Virus record (IMG/VR): IMGVR_UViG_3300027849_000012
Span: 5,262-69,261 of that record
Origin: a virus
DNA: 64,000 nucleotides
Reading direction: 5' to 3' (one strand)
Positions 1-9,682 of the stretch are shown here, one piece after another. How positions within the stretch are numbered: the first letter of the stretch is position 1; every line of letters begins with the position of its first letter. The notes beneath the pieces were generated by a model. That model was not told the origin of the DNA, ran no database searches, and saw only the letters and a program-made list of their open reading frames with translations. Made by a program: the position numbers and the translations under genes.

Positions 1-134
1 ATTGACATCGCGCTTAATACGAAAATTGATGCAACCCATTTAATATACCAATCAGTGGTATGTTTAGGTGTTGCTGACTTAAAGATCCGCTTTGAATTAG
101 CTATTTCTTTTGGGTCATATTTAATTTCTTTCAT
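1..134 (-). CDS. Small membrane protein, partial (runs off window edge)
   Basis: Manual translation from ATG at 134: MKEIKYDPKEIANSKRIFKSATPKHTTDWYIKWVASIFVLSAMS...; overlaps the stop of the SET gene. Confidence 0.6.
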   Translation of the reverse strand, partial: MKEIKYDPKEIANSKRIFKSATPKHTTDWYIKWVASIFVLSAMS

Positions 135-504
135 CAATTGCACCTTGCATTAAATCATAAAGTTCAAATAGATCAACATCATCATATTCGCTCATACTAT
201 ATTTTAATAGTATTTCATCACCAGCCTCAATATCGCGTGTGGTGAATAAGTAGCACGTTTCTAGATCACTATACTGATCTGGATAATCAATAGCACTGCA
301 GTTAGGATTTTCTGTGTGGTTTATAAACCCGCCGAGTGGAGTTCGTATCCACTCATCATTTATGTAAATCCTAAGCAATCCTAAATTTGTATCTTCTGCT
401 ATATCTTCTATAGCAAATAAGCCGAGACCATGGACACCACTTTCTCTAATTGTTAACGCTTTTGGCAATGGTCTATATGTATTATTGAAGTGTGTCATAG
501 TCAT
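121..504 (-). CDS. SET-domain protein (putative lysine methyltransferase)
   Basis: SET motifs SGVHGLGLFA, FINHTENPNC, RDIEAGDEILLKY. Confidence 0.85.
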   Translation of the reverse strand: MTMTHFNNTYRPLPKALTIRESGVHGLGLFAIEDIAEDTNLGLLRIYINDEWIRTPLGGFINHTENPNCSAIDYPDQYSDLETCYLFTTRDIEAGDEILLKYSMSEYDDVDLFELYDLMQGAIDERN

Positions 505-520
505 GTTCGCGGCCGTTCTT

Positions 521-685
521 CTAGTCTCCCTTTATTGAATCCATTTGTTCAATGTACTGACTCATGTATTCGATTTTCTTACCTATTTTATAAGCAAGAG
601 TATCTTTACCTTTTCGTTTCAGTTTCTTTTGATAGTATATAGCTTCTCGTTGGTCTTTCCGAAGCCTTTCAATTTGTACATCCAT
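521..685 (-). CDS. Hypothetical basic 54-aa protein (below ORF-track cutoff)
   Basis: MDVQIERLRKDQREAIYYQKKLKRKGK...; strong SD GAGGAGG upstream. Confidence 0.7.
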   Translation of the reverse strand: MDVQIERLRKDQREAIYYQKKLKRKGKDTLAYKIGKKIEYMSQYIEQMDSIKGD

Positions 686-769
686 AATAGTTCCTCCTCA
701 TGGTTAATTGAACTCTATCATAATGTAAGGGATTGTTAAATAGGCATTGCCTCCAGTTGGGTTAGGGTG

Positions 770-1198
770 TTATAGTTTTAAAAGGTTAGGAAAAGCATCT
801 TTTATCATGATTTTCGTGATACCTTTGTATTTTATCGACTTGTCCTTTGCAGCACAAACTAATGCAGCTTCACTTGGGTGCAGCTTTTCTAGCAACTGGA
901 CAAACATCGACTCTCTCTTGCTCTGTTTCATTGACGAATACGGACCTTTGAAAAAGTATGCAAACATCTTATACTCTCTGTGGAGATCTGACCAACTACT
1001 GTCATCAGGGGCTTCGTCAACTTTATATGGTGGTGATCCTTCAGGCAATAATGAGATAATATCATCGTCAAAATTGATCCTTAGGATATCCCGCAATGCG
1101 GGTGATGTGTTATCTTGGAGATACTTAACCTTTTCGGCTTTGGTTAGTAGTTTTCCTGCTGAAGTTAGTACTTCAGATATTCTTAGTTTATTCGACAT
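770..1198 (-). CDS. Conserved T4-like hypothetical protein
   Basis: 142-aa ORF with LPEGxPPY and LLEKLHPSEA motifs typical of T4-like phage proteins found next to rnh. Confidence 0.7.
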   Translation of the reverse strand: MSNKLRISEVLTSAGKLLTKAEKVKYLQDNTSPALRDILRINFDDDIISLLPEGSPPYKVDEAPDDSSWSDLHREYKMFAYFFKGPYSSMKQSKRESMFVQLLEKLHPSEAALVCAAKDKSIKYKGITKIMIKDAFPNLLKL

Positions 1199-2048
1199 TG
1201 TAAAATTCCTCTACGACTTCAATCAAATGTGTGCATCGTTTGTTAATTAGATAGTTTAGTACTTTCATTTTCATGGGCAGTTTTTGCCCTTCAAAAGTAT
1301 TTATAATGTTTTGTTGTACAGCATTTGGTATCTCTGTCAAATCAATAAGAGTTTTATTTCTTTGATAGTTTCTGTACTCCTCTTCGGTCATATGACTTTT
1401 GAGGTCATCAGCATTTTCCATCCAGTGGTCAACTTTCGTCTGTCTTAATGGTGTCTGACTAGCGCCTTCGGTAATAAATGTAGCATCCTTGGATAATACA
1501 TTTGGTATACCGTCACCCGAATCACCGCGCATAATGTGATTAAAGAGATATGTTCGTGGGTTCTTATCTGTGACAACTTTCTTTTGAATAGGACTCCACT
1601 GCTTTACGTTATTATAACGTTGCAGTTGGATAAAGTCTTTATCAGATGAAATGATCATAACGGGTTCACCCTTACCAAACTCTTGTGTTTCCATAGCTAG
1701 AGCACCGATAACATCATCAGCCTCACAGCCTTCTATGTGGATAACCTTGTACGGTAAGTTAGCTTGGATCTCTTCACGGACTAGATTTACAATACGGAAT
1801 ATCTCGTTCCAATCCATAGTCGATTCTTCTTTACCTTTCCTGCGTTTTGCTTTGTATTCGGGAAAGTATTGTCTGCGCCAAGTGTTCATACCGTCGGCAC
1901 AAATCACCATCTGACCATACTCTGCTCGGTGACGTTTATTGTACATCCTAATAGAATTTAGGATCATATGTCGAATCATGTTTTCATCATTAAGTTTTTG
2001 CACTATTATGTTGGATAGTGCGATCTGACTATAATCAAGTAGTATCAT
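1188..2048 (-). CDS. rnh: T4-type RNase H / 5'-3' exonuclease
   Basis: ILLDYSQI, WRRQYFPEYKAKR, EADDVIG, SSDKDFIQL, GDSGDGIPN motifs; start trimmed to MILLD. Confidence 0.92.
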   Translation of the reverse strand: MILLDYSQIALSNIIVQKLNDENMIRHMILNSIRMYNKRHRAEYGQMVICADGMNTWRRQYFPEYKAKRRKGKEESTMDWNEIFRIVNLVREEIQANLPYKVIHIEGCEADDVIGALAMETQEFGKGEPVMIISSDKDFIQLQRYNNVKQWSPIQKKVVTDKNPRTYLFNHIMRGDSGDGIPNVLSKDATFITEGASQTPLRQTKVDHWMENADDLKSHMTEEEYRNYQRNKTLIDLTEIPNAVQQNIINTFEGQKLPMKMKVLNYLINKRCTHLIEVVEEFYNVE

Positions 2049-2385
2049 TGTTTTTATGCATCTCATTTATTTTAAGGAATAGATCATCTAGGTCAATATG
2101 TGTTGAATGTTCAAGGCCGAAGTATCTTAAAAACATCGCGTTGATAAGATTAGCAATAACAAACATATCCTTAGATTCTGGGTTATCTTCATTTCTGAAG
2201 TCAAAGTCATCAAAGGGTGTATGTTCGCCTTGTTCGGAGATTTCTACCAATATGGTATCGATTTCCTCTAGCAAGAAAGCAACAAGCTCTGCGGACTCTT
2301 CGGCGCAGAATACTGCCATTTCTTCTTCATCTCGTTTTCGCTGTTCTATTCGCGAAGCTGGAAATTTAATTATATTGTTTTTCAT
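2035..2385 (-). CDS. Hypothetical protein
   Basis: 116-aa ORF beginning NNIIKFP, directly below a sigma70-type promoter. Confidence 0.7.
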   Translation of the reverse strand: MKNNIIKFPASRIEQRKRDEEEMAVFCAEESAELVAFLLEEIDTILVEISEQGEHTPFDDFDFRNEDNPESKDMFVIANLINAMFLRYFGLEHSTHIDLDDLFLKINEMHKNNDTT

Positions 2386-2394
2386 AATAGGTAT

Positions 2395-2423
2395 ATTATA
2401 TCACATAAATGGGCAAAAGTAAA
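2395..2423 (-). promoter_or_regulatory. Early/middle sigma70-type promoter
   Basis: TTTACT-N17-TATAAT with extended TG. Confidence 0.75.
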
Positions 2424-2426
2424 CAC

Positions 2427-2948
2427 TTATTTTAATAAATTTTTAACGGTTCTGCCACCTATTCGGCAAGCTATGATACCGTTATAGTACTCTTCTGTGA
2501 GTAAAACCTCGCGCTCAAACTGTTCTTTAGCTTCCATATATGATAATTCTCCCTTTGCCTTACATAAGTGTAGGATTTCCCTGTAGAACGTATCTGGCCC
2601 CTGTGTTTCTAAATCAGCAACTAGGTGCTTATTCGACCCCCAATATGTTCTCCAATCGGATTCAACTAAAGTTTTCTTTCGCCTTTTCCTTTTCTTGGTT
2701 ATCGGCAATGTTTTTTGACTCCAGAAGAATTTTTTCCCAACATACTTTCGTGATGTTGCTCGGTTCGTTATCATGTATACCATTCCATACGCGTCGTCTG
2801 GACTGAACTCTTCGGGCGGCTGCCATTCGGATCCTTCGTATTGCCATGGGCTATTACTCTTCTCGGTTGTAGTCAAAGTCGTCTTGATAGTCATACGCAT
2901 CCTCATTAATATTGGACGCAATCCCACAGTTGGGGCAGAACCGATCAT
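2427..2948 (-). CDS. GIY-YIG family nuclease (true start probably near 2870-2895)
   Basis: YGMVYMITN...KYVGKK and YWGS motifs, catalytic-like YMEAKEQF, YYN. Confidence 0.75.
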   Translation of the reverse strand: MIGSAPTVGLRPILMRMRMTIKTTLTTTEKSNSPWQYEGSEWQPPEEFSPDDAYGMVYMITNRATSRKYVGKKFFWSQKTLPITKKRKRRKKTLVESDWRTYWGSNKHLVADLETQGPDTFYREILHLCKAKGELSYMEAKEQFEREVLLTEEYYNGIIACRIGGRTVKNLLK

Positions 2949-3072
2949 CGGTATCCCATTCGTCCACTATAGATATATAGGACATTTTTAAGCAGTGGTC
3001 ACAGGATACAATATTCCATGTTAAGGGTACATCAATATCCAACACAGTACTCCTCAAATTGGTTCCAGCCAC
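2854..3072 (-). CDS. Small zinc-ribbon protein (start uncertain)
   Basis: CDHC...FCPNCG pair followed by an acidic tail. Confidence 0.6.
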   Translation of the reverse strand: MAGTNLRSTVLDIDVPLTWNIVSCDHCLKMSYISIVDEWDTDDRFCPNCGIASNINEDAYDYQDDFDYNREE

Positions 3073-3271
3073 CTATACTTTGGCCGTCAATAATAATTTG
3101 TGGGAATGTCCTAGCAGTAGGAAATAGTTCAAACAGCTGCTCTCTGGTAAAGTCGACTCCTAACTTAAATACTTTAAATTCTGCTTTATTAGAATCTTGT
3201 AACGATTCAGCCTTTCTAACTGCCATGTCACAGTATGGACAGTTATCTTTGCTATAAATTGCAATTTGCAT
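3032..3271 (-). CDS. nrdC: Glutaredoxin
   Basis: CPYC active site, TFPQI, IGG; adjacent to nrdAB. Confidence 0.92.
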   Translation of the reverse strand: MQIAIYSKDNCPYCDMAVRKAESLQDSNKAEFKVFKLGVDFTREQLFELFPTARTFPQIIIDGQSIGGWNQFEEYCVGY

Positions 3272-3284
3272 ATTATCTCCTAAA

Positions 3285-4358
3285 TTATAAACTTAAAGTT
3301 GCCATGGTTTCGGTGGTAACATCTTGTTTTACACCACCGGTAACATAACTACTAATTTCGGTTTCCTGTGGCGCTACTTGAACATCACTACCTCCAATCC
3401 ATTTTTGAGTCCACGGTAATGGGTTTGCTTGTGGTGTTGTGTATGGGCAAGGTAGTCCGATAGCTCTCATTCTTTTACATCCAATCCATTCAACATAGTC
3501 TGATAGAAGTTTACCATTCAAGCCTATCATTGACCCATCCTTAAATAGATACTCGGCCCATTCCTTTTCTTGCTCGATCACACTCACATATAATGCAATA
3601 GCATCCGATTCCATTTCCTTTGAAATTTTAACGTAGTCTGGGTCTTCCTGTAACAATTTCTTAATCATTATGGAAGTACCAGCAAGGTGTGTATTCTCAT
3701 CCCTAGCAATAAATTTAATAATCTTAGCATTGCCTTCCATTTTCTTTAACTCAGCAAATGCCCATGAACACGCAAAGGATACATAGAACCTAATACCTTC
3801 CAATGCATTAGCCGACAGTAGAGCCATCCATATAGCTCTCTTGTGATCCATTGTTTTAGTGGCCGTGTTATTACAAGACATTAGCTCGTCATAGTATTTG
3901 GCAATATGTTCGCCGCAATTCATTATTTCTGGGACATTTAACATCTCATCAAATATCACAGATGGGTTGGCATAGATGTTTCTAATGATGTGTGTATATG
4001 ATCGAGAGTGTATTGTCTCAAAGAATGACCACGTTTCGATCCAGTTCTCAACTTCGGGTAGTGATACTATGGGCAAAAATGCGAGATTAGGTGCTCTTCC
4101 CTGCACACTATCAAGGAGGATTTGACGTTTTAGATTAGATGTAAATATGTGTTGTTCATGTTCGGTGAGACTTTCAAAGTCCTTCTTATCTTTTGAAATA
4201 TCAACCTCTTCGGGTCTCCAAAAGAATCCAAGTTGTTTCTCCGTAATTTTATCTATCTGCGGATACTTTAGCTCATCAAATCTTTGTATATCAACCGGCT
4301 CGTCTAAAAACATATTTTTCTCAAGGTGTGACTTTTTATTCTTCTTTAATACTGCCAT
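3285..4358 (-). CDS. nrdB: Ribonucleotide reductase class Ia beta subunit
   Basis: FFWRPEEVD, ETIHSRSY, EGIRFYVSF, RDENTH, VAPQETEISSY. Confidence 0.97.
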   Translation of the reverse strand: MAVLKKNKKSHLEKNMFLDEPVDIQRFDELKYPQIDKITEKQLGFFWRPEEVDISKDKKDFESLTEHEQHIFTSNLKRQILLDSVQGRAPNLAFLPIVSLPEVENWIETWSFFETIHSRSYTHIIRNIYANPSVIFDEMLNVPEIMNCGEHIAKYYDELMSCNNTATKTMDHKRAIWMALLSANALEGIRFYVSFACSWAFAELKKMEGNAKIIKFIARDENTHLAGTSIMIKKLLQEDPDYVKISKEMESDAIALYVSVIEQEKEWAEYLFKDGSMIGLNGKLLSDYVEWIGCKRMRAIGLPCPYTTPQANPLPWTQKWIGGSDVQVAPQETEISSYVTGGVKQDVTTETMATLSL

Positions 4359-4506
4359 AATCAATTTTTCCTGTTTGTCTGAGTCGTTTGTTATATGAGC
4401 GTTTGGCTCTCTTTATCATGTTTTTGTGAGGCTGAAGTAATTTACGCCACCCTGTGTGTACGTCATATTCATCACCACCCTTTAGAGGGATTCTCTCTTT
4501 CTTCAT
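4336..4506 (-). CDS. Hypothetical basic 56-aa protein between nrdA and nrdB
   Basis: MKKERIPLKGGDEYDVHTGWRKLLQ...; ATGA overlap with the nrdA stop; fills the gap exactly. Confidence 0.65.
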   Translation of the reverse strand: MKKERIPLKGGDEYDVHTGWRKLLQPHKNMIKRAKRSYNKRLRQTGKIDYGSIKEE

Positions 4507-6800
4507 ATCTTACAACTCTCGCAGTCTTCGTCGTCAATTTCAGTTATAGGCAGGTCAGGGATGTCTTCATGCTCACCAGCTCCATCATTGGTATTAAAGT
4601 AGTACAGTTGTTTCAGGCCGTATTTATATGCCGTGACTGTATCCTTAATCATCTCTGACATAGGAATCTTATTGTCTTCGTAGTGCGCTGGATTATATGA
4701 AGTATTAACACTAATGCCTTGATCAATATACTTCTGCAAAATAGCACAAATCTTTAAGTATCCATCCGGCGATGTTTGGTCCCACAGCAGATCATACTTA
4801 TTCTTTAGGTGATGATACCCAGGAACTACTTGAGCCATGACACCATCTTTGGACTGTTTATAGCTCACTAACGCACGTGGTGGTTCTATACCATTAGTGC
4901 TGTTAGAAATCTGTGCGGAAGTTTCGGCTGGCATTAAAGCCATGAGAGTCGAATTGCGGATACCATGTTCTATGAGTTGATTTCTAAGCTTGTTCCACGG
5001 TAATCGTTCATTATGCTCTATCAAATTATTTATCGCACTCTTATATGTATCAATTGGGAGAACTCCAGCAGCGTATTTTGTCTCGTTATTTAGTGGAATT
5101 TTACCCTTTTCTTCTGCCAGATTAGCTGAAGCTTTAATTAAATAGTAGCTCCACGCCTCTGCATATTGGTCGACTGTATCAAAGGCGCTCTCGTCATATT
5201 TCATGCCTCGCTTGGCTAAGAAGTAAGCTAAGTTGATAATACCTATACCAAGAGGTCTACGGTTCATAGTTCCCCTCTCTGCAGCACCAATTGGATATGA
5301 TTGGTAATCCAATAACTCATCCAGAGAACGGACGGCTAGATCACAGTATTTTTCAAACTCAGATGGGTCGTTGATTAATCCCCAATTGATAGCAGATAGA
5401 GTACATAGTGATATTTCACCTGTGTCGTCGTTGAAGTTATCCATGGGCGTTGTAGGTAAATCTATTTCACAACACAGATTACTCATCCTAATTGGAGCCT
5501 TCTCTGCAATGAAAGCACCATGGTCATTAGCGTGATCAACATTCATTAAATAGATACGTCCAGTATCCTTTCGTTCTGTTAGAAACTGAGAGAATACTTC
5601 CAAGGCAGTTAACACTTTCTTCCTAATAGATTTGGTTTTTTCATATCTCTCGTATAATTTTTGAAACTTATCCTGATCGGCAAAGAAAGCTTCATATAAG
5701 CCTGGGACATCACTAGGGTCAAACAAGGTAATATTACCACCAGTCAATAAGCGCTCATACATCAGTTTATTGAATTGGAATGCATAGTCCATATGCCTAA
5801 CACGATTCTCTTCGGTTCCCTTATTATTCTTTAGAACAACTAGATCTTCAAATTCATAATGCCAAACGGGTAGATATACTGTTGCTGCACCTCCTCTCAC
5901 ACCACCTTGACTGCACGACTTAACTGCAGATTGGAAGTATTTAAGGAATGGGATTAATCCAGTGTGTACTATAGAACCATCGCCGACCTTCGAACCATTA
6001 GCTCTAACCGAACCAGCTCCGATGCCTATACCAGCCTTCTTACTGATATACTTTACTATTGAAGTGGCAGTAGCGTTAATAGAATCAAGACTGTCACCAG
6101 ATTCAATAAGCACACAGCTCGAAAACTGACGGGTCGGCGTCCGTACACCAGCCATGATCGGCGTAGGAAGCGAGATATAGAATTGAGATATTGCATCATA
6201 ATAATCCTTAACATATTTTAAACGGGTTTCTTTTGGGTATTCGGCGAATAGTGTAGCGGAGACCATCATATAAAGCATCTGAGGAGTTTCATAGTGGGTC
6301 TTAGTTCTTCGATCTTGAACCAAATACTTTCCACGAAATTGTTCCATACCAGCATAGGTAAAGGTATCATCCCGGTCATGTTTTATATGGGAATTAAGTT
6401 CGTGCAACTCGGATAGAGTGTACTTATCCATAATTTCACTGTCATATACTCCTCGAGTTATATTAGCCTCAATGAGATCAGTCAACGTCCAAGGTTCATA
6501 CTTCCCGTAAACCTCTTTCCGAAGTTTATAGTTGATTAGCCTAGCGGCTACAAATTGGTAATTAACAGTGTGTTCCGATATTAGTTCGGCCGCACTTTTG
6601 ATTAGTAGTTCGTGTATGTCATACGCAGGAATCTTGTCGAACAACTGGATATTGGACTTTAGTTCTATCTCTGAGATAGATACTCCAGTTATATCCTTAG
6701 TCGCCCATTCAAGGACTTTGTGTACCTTTTCTAAGTTGAATTCCTGAGTGTTGCCATCACGCTTTGTGACGTTGATTTGCATTATATTAGTCCCATTCAT
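4503..6800 (-). CDS. nrdA: Ribonucleotide reductase class Ia alpha subunit
   Basis: ATP cone (VTKRDG), QFSSCVL, SNLCCEI, LMPAETSAQ, C-terminal CESC. Confidence 0.97.
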   Translation of the reverse strand: MNGTNIMQINVTKRDGNTQEFNLEKVHKVLEWATKDITGVSISEIELKSNIQLFDKIPAYDIHELLIKSAAELISEHTVNYQFVAARLINYKLRKEVYGKYEPWTLTDLIEANITRGVYDSEIMDKYTLSELHELNSHIKHDRDDTFTYAGMEQFRGKYLVQDRRTKTHYETPQMLYMMVSATLFAEYPKETRLKYVKDYYDAISQFYISLPTPIMAGVRTPTRQFSSCVLIESGDSLDSINATATSIVKYISKKAGIGIGAGSVRANGSKVGDGSIVHTGLIPFLKYFQSAVKSCSQGGVRGGAATVYLPVWHYEFEDLVVLKNNKGTEENRVRHMDYAFQFNKLMYERLLTGGNITLFDPSDVPGLYEAFFADQDKFQKLYERYEKTKSIRKKVLTALEVFSQFLTERKDTGRIYLMNVDHANDHGAFIAEKAPIRMSNLCCEIDLPTTPMDNFNDDTGEISLCTLSAINWGLINDPSEFEKYCDLAVRSLDELLDYQSYPIGAAERGTMNRRPLGIGIINLAYFLAKRGMKYDESAFDTVDQYAEAWSYYLIKASANLAEEKGKIPLNNETKYAAGVLPIDTYKSAINNLIEHNERLPWNKLRNQLIEHGIRNSTLMALMPAETSAQISNSTNGIEPPRALVSYKQSKDGVMAQVVPGYHHLKNKYDLLWDQTSPDGYLKICAILQKYIDQGISVNTSYNPAHYEDNKIPMSEMIKDTVTAYKYGLKQLYYFNTNDGAGEHEDIPDLPITEIDDEDCESCKI

Positions 6801-6825
6801 TGTATTCCCGTGTTTAATAGTATAT

Positions 6826-6854
6826 ATTATATCACAAAACCACTGCTATGTAAA
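6826..6854 (-). promoter_or_regulatory. Early/middle promoter for nrdA
   Basis: TTTACA-N17-TATAAT, extended TG. Confidence 0.75.
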
Positions 6855-6857
6855 GTG

Positions 6858-7232
6858 TTATTTTACATTTTTTGTAATATATTTCGCTATACGGGCGGCA
6901 TCCATATTATATATGGTTTCTAGGTCTTCTTCAATTCCGTCGATTCTATCAACCAACTCTTGGTATCCATCGAAGCCATCAAGACCACATGGTGGATGAG
7001 CGATTTTCTCGAGGAGTTCGATACGTTCGGCCATCGCGGGGTATTGCTTTCTGAATTTAGCATCTTTCTTGGCTAACTCAAGATCGTACTTTACAGCAAA
7101 GTGTTGCATAAAGGCGTCTACTTTCTTCTGGAACCATATACCTATTGTAGTACCTTGGAACCAATTATAGAATGATGACCCGATTACGGATGATAGGATA
7201 GACTTTAGGGATAATATCAGTAACCAATACAT
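6858..7232 (-). CDS. Hypothetical membrane-associated protein
   Basis: Hydrophobic/amphipathic N-terminus and coiled-coil C-terminus; last gene of the late operon. Confidence 0.65.
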   Translation of the reverse strand: MYWLLILSLKSILSSVIGSSFYNWFQGTTIGIWFQKKVDAFMQHFAVKYDLELAKKDAKFRKQYPAMAERIELLEKIAHPPCGLDGFDGYQELVDRIDGIEEDLETIYNMDAARIAKYITKNVK

Positions 7233-7233
7233 A

Positions 7234-7995
7234 TTACTTCCCCTTTTTGGCTAATTTCTTCAGTGCTTGTACATAGTTAGGCATTCCATGGTCTACTACA
7301 CCATCAAAGAACTTCCAACGTTTCCATGATTGACCAATACCCTTAAAGAAATCTCTCCATGATGGGCCATCGGCTTTATTACCATCACAATCAAAGTAAA
7401 TCATTTCACCATGATGTACAAATCCTAACCATGCTGGTGGCATTCTACATACTATATCATTGTTATTCATCATTCGGTAATGATCACATTTGATATTCTT
7501 TATAAAGAGTGGTCCTCCGACTCTTGGCGAACCAAAGGTGAAGAGTTCTTTAGGCTGATAACGTGTGGCACTAATGGTAGCCATAGCAGCACCCAGACTA
7601 TGCCCAGTAAAATATACATCTTTGGTTGCCTTTAGTTGACTATTCTTATCTAGAATTTTTACAATTTCCATCCATACATCATCTACTTCTTGTTGGAAAC
7701 CACCATGCACTTTACCACCGGCGACAGCACTATTCTTAATAACTTTAAGATCAGCTAATACATCATTCAATTTAGCGGGTTCTGTACCTCTGAATGCAAA
7801 CCAAAGGTTATGACTATCCTTAGTCACTAACACCTCAGCACCATCAACACTGATTAAATTAGCATTGGTAAATCCTAATTTTTTACATGCTTCAGCTGCA
7901 GGTTTAGGGTCCATATATGCAATGGCTGACAGTTTGGCGGCCAGTTCTGCCCTTTGCCATACAGTCATTGTTTCTTGTATATTATTCGTCGCCAT
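7234..7995 (-). CDS. Class 3 lipase (alpha/beta hydrolase)
   Basis: AFRGT, VHGGF, nucleophile elbow TGHSLG, TFGSPRVG, NDIVCRMP, DH near the C-terminus. Confidence 0.9.
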   Translation of the reverse strand: MATNNIQETMTVWQRAELAAKLSAIAYMDPKPAAEACKKLGFTNANLISVDGAEVLVTKDSHNLWFAFRGTEPAKLNDVLADLKVIKNSAVAGGKVHGGFQQEVDDVWMEIVKILDKNSQLKATKDVYFTGHSLGAAMATISATRYQPKELFTFGSPRVGGPLFIKNIKCDHYRMMNNNDIVCRMPPAWLGFVHHGEMIYFDCDGNKADGPSWRDFFKGIGQSWKRWKFFDGVVDHGMPNYVQALKKLAKKGK

Positions 7996-8482
7996 CCTTT
8001 TTCTCCAGTTTAATTTCCACCCCAGCAGCTTTCTTATCATTTATCGTCACATTCCTATAGTACACTATCACTTCACCCAGCTGATTGATATATCGTTTAA
8101 TTTCTTGAGTATTGTATGACATTAGCTCATAATCAGCAATTGTCATTGCTACGAATACAATATCACCACCATGCCTTTTCTTGATATCATCTACGAATTT
8201 GTCAAAATATGTGTGACCTTCTGGATACAAATCTTCACGGCCTAATTTACAATTGGACTTTTTAGTTTCAGGATCCTTTAAACACCCTTCGATGATTTTA
8301 GCATCTGAAACAACGAACCATTTGGGCTCTTTTAACTTTATGGGTCTTGGTAGTACAGGTTGTACTATATCAATCTGAATAGGTTTAGTTACAATTTTAA
8401 CTTCACGAGGTGCTTGTTGAAGTAAGCTACATCCACTAATCGTTAAGAGCGCTAATACGCAAACTATCTTCTTGAATCGCAT
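7982..8482 (-). CDS. Lipoprotein, o-spanin (Rz1)-like
   Basis: Signal MRFKKIVCVLALLTISG|C with lipobox, Pro-rich segment; overlaps the 3' end of the upstream TM/coiled-coil gene. Confidence 0.65.
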   Translation of the reverse strand: MRFKKIVCVLALLTISGCSLLQQAPREVKIVTKPIQIDIVQPVLPRPIKLKEPKWFVVSDAKIIEGCLKDPETKKSNCKLGREDLYPEGHTYFDKFVDDIKKRHGGDIVFVAMTIADYELMSYNTQEIKRYINQLGEVIVYYRNVTINDKKAAGVEIKLEKKDGDE

Positions 8483-8828
8483 TGAATACCTCCTTTGTTC
8501 CATTATTAATTCGCTTCTCCACTAATCCAGGTTTAGCACTAGCAAGTTGGCCGAGATTGTGTCTACGGAAAACATCCATATACTCTGTCATTTGACTTTG
8601 ATATACTTGGTTCTGAACTTGTTGACCTTGTAGAGCTTTAGAGGTAGTCTCTAAATTATCCTTTATAGCTTCTATCGTAGCTTTTTGTTCCTGTTCTCTC
8701 ATATCCTGTGCTAGAATAACCTTAGCTTGTTCAGCTAATTGCAATTTCATTGGTACTATAGAGAACTGATGATAAAAGTACCCTGATATACCCATTGCGA
8801 TTATAATTCCTATCAATACTTTACTCAT
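8436..8828 (-). CDS. i-spanin (Rz)-like protein
   Basis: Single N-terminal TM, long coiled coil, KPGLVEKRIN motif; overlaps the lipoprotein gene. Confidence 0.65.
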   Translation of the reverse strand: MSKVLIGIIIAMGISGYFYHQFSIVPMKLQLAEQAKVILAQDMREQEQKATIEAIKDNLETTSKALQGQQVQNQVYQSQMTEYMDVFRRHNLGQLASAKPGLVEKRINNGTKEVFNAIQEDSLRISALND

Positions 8829-8831
8829 AAT

Positions 8832-9101
8832 TTATCGCTTTGCTTTCACTGCTTCATAAGCTTGTGCCTGAATCGAGGCTAGATTTTGTTTCTGAGCTTG
8901 AGCTTCCTTTTTGTTAGCATTAGCTTGGCGCTTTAGCAACATTCTTTCAACGAACTTCCGACCTTCTTTGGTCCGGCCGTCATAGGTTGCTTTCTTCTTT
9001 TTCTTAGGAGCAGCATCAGCTGGTAGTGATACTCCTGCACCTGATACAGAGTTTGCCGCAGCATCCTCCCAGCAAGTATTGAATTCTTTGAACTCCTTCA
9101 T
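8832..9101 (-). CDS. Putative internal head protein
   Basis: Capsid-targeting-like leader MKEFKEFNTCWE; basic, contains DGRTKEGRKF. Confidence 0.6.
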   Translation of the reverse strand: MKEFKEFNTCWEDAAANSVSGAGVSLPADAAPKKKKKATYDGRTKEGRKFVERMLLKRQANANKKEAQAQKQNLASIQAQAYEAVKAKR

Positions 9102-9682
9102 TTTTTTATTTCTCCAGTATTAAAGTATGCCACTTGATTAGTTTTGGCCAGATGTCCCTGATAGATGTTAGTACCAAACATGGTACCTATAGGTTTAGTG
9201 TGGTGTGATATTACTATCTTGTCGCCGGGTGTTCCTATTGCTTCACCCGTTAATTCACTAAACAGACTTTCAGTTAAGGTATATTGCCCTGGGTTCATGA
9301 CACCATTCTTTTCAAAAAACACGGATTCGTTTAATGACTCATCAATATCTTCGAGTACTTCATCCAAAACCTTTTTAATTTGTTCTTCCGTTAGCCCTGT
9401 GTTTTCTTTAATTAGAAACAGTGCTGTAGCATAAGATGCCAACTTAGTTTTACCAAATGGCAACTTATTCAGTAGCCTTTTAACATTAAATACTAATCTA
9501 TGAAATACTGTATAGACTTCTTTCTCTTCGGGTGTAGTAAGATCCCTACCTTTCTTAAGGTTCTTACCATCTTTATCAACGATGCCCTGTTCAAAAGCAC
9601 CGGTCTTCTCCCACGGCGTTACTAACAACTTTAGGAATCTAAAGGCGTAGAATAAATCTGCTGTTCTTGAAATCAAACCCAT
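9098..9682 (-). CDS. Conserved T4-like hypothetical late protein
   Basis: FRFLKLLVTPWEK, FHRLVFNVKRLL, LASYATALFLIKE. Confidence 0.7.
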   Translation of the reverse strand: MGLISRTADLFYAFRFLKLLVTPWEKTGAFEQGIVDKDGKNLKKGRDLTTPEEKEVYTVFHRLVFNVKRLLNKLPFGKTKLASYATALFLIKENTGLTEEQIKKVLDEVLEDIDESLNESVFFEKNGVMNPGQYTLTESLFSELTGEAIGTPGDKIVISHHTKPIGTMFGTNIYQGHLAKTNQVAYFNTGEIKK

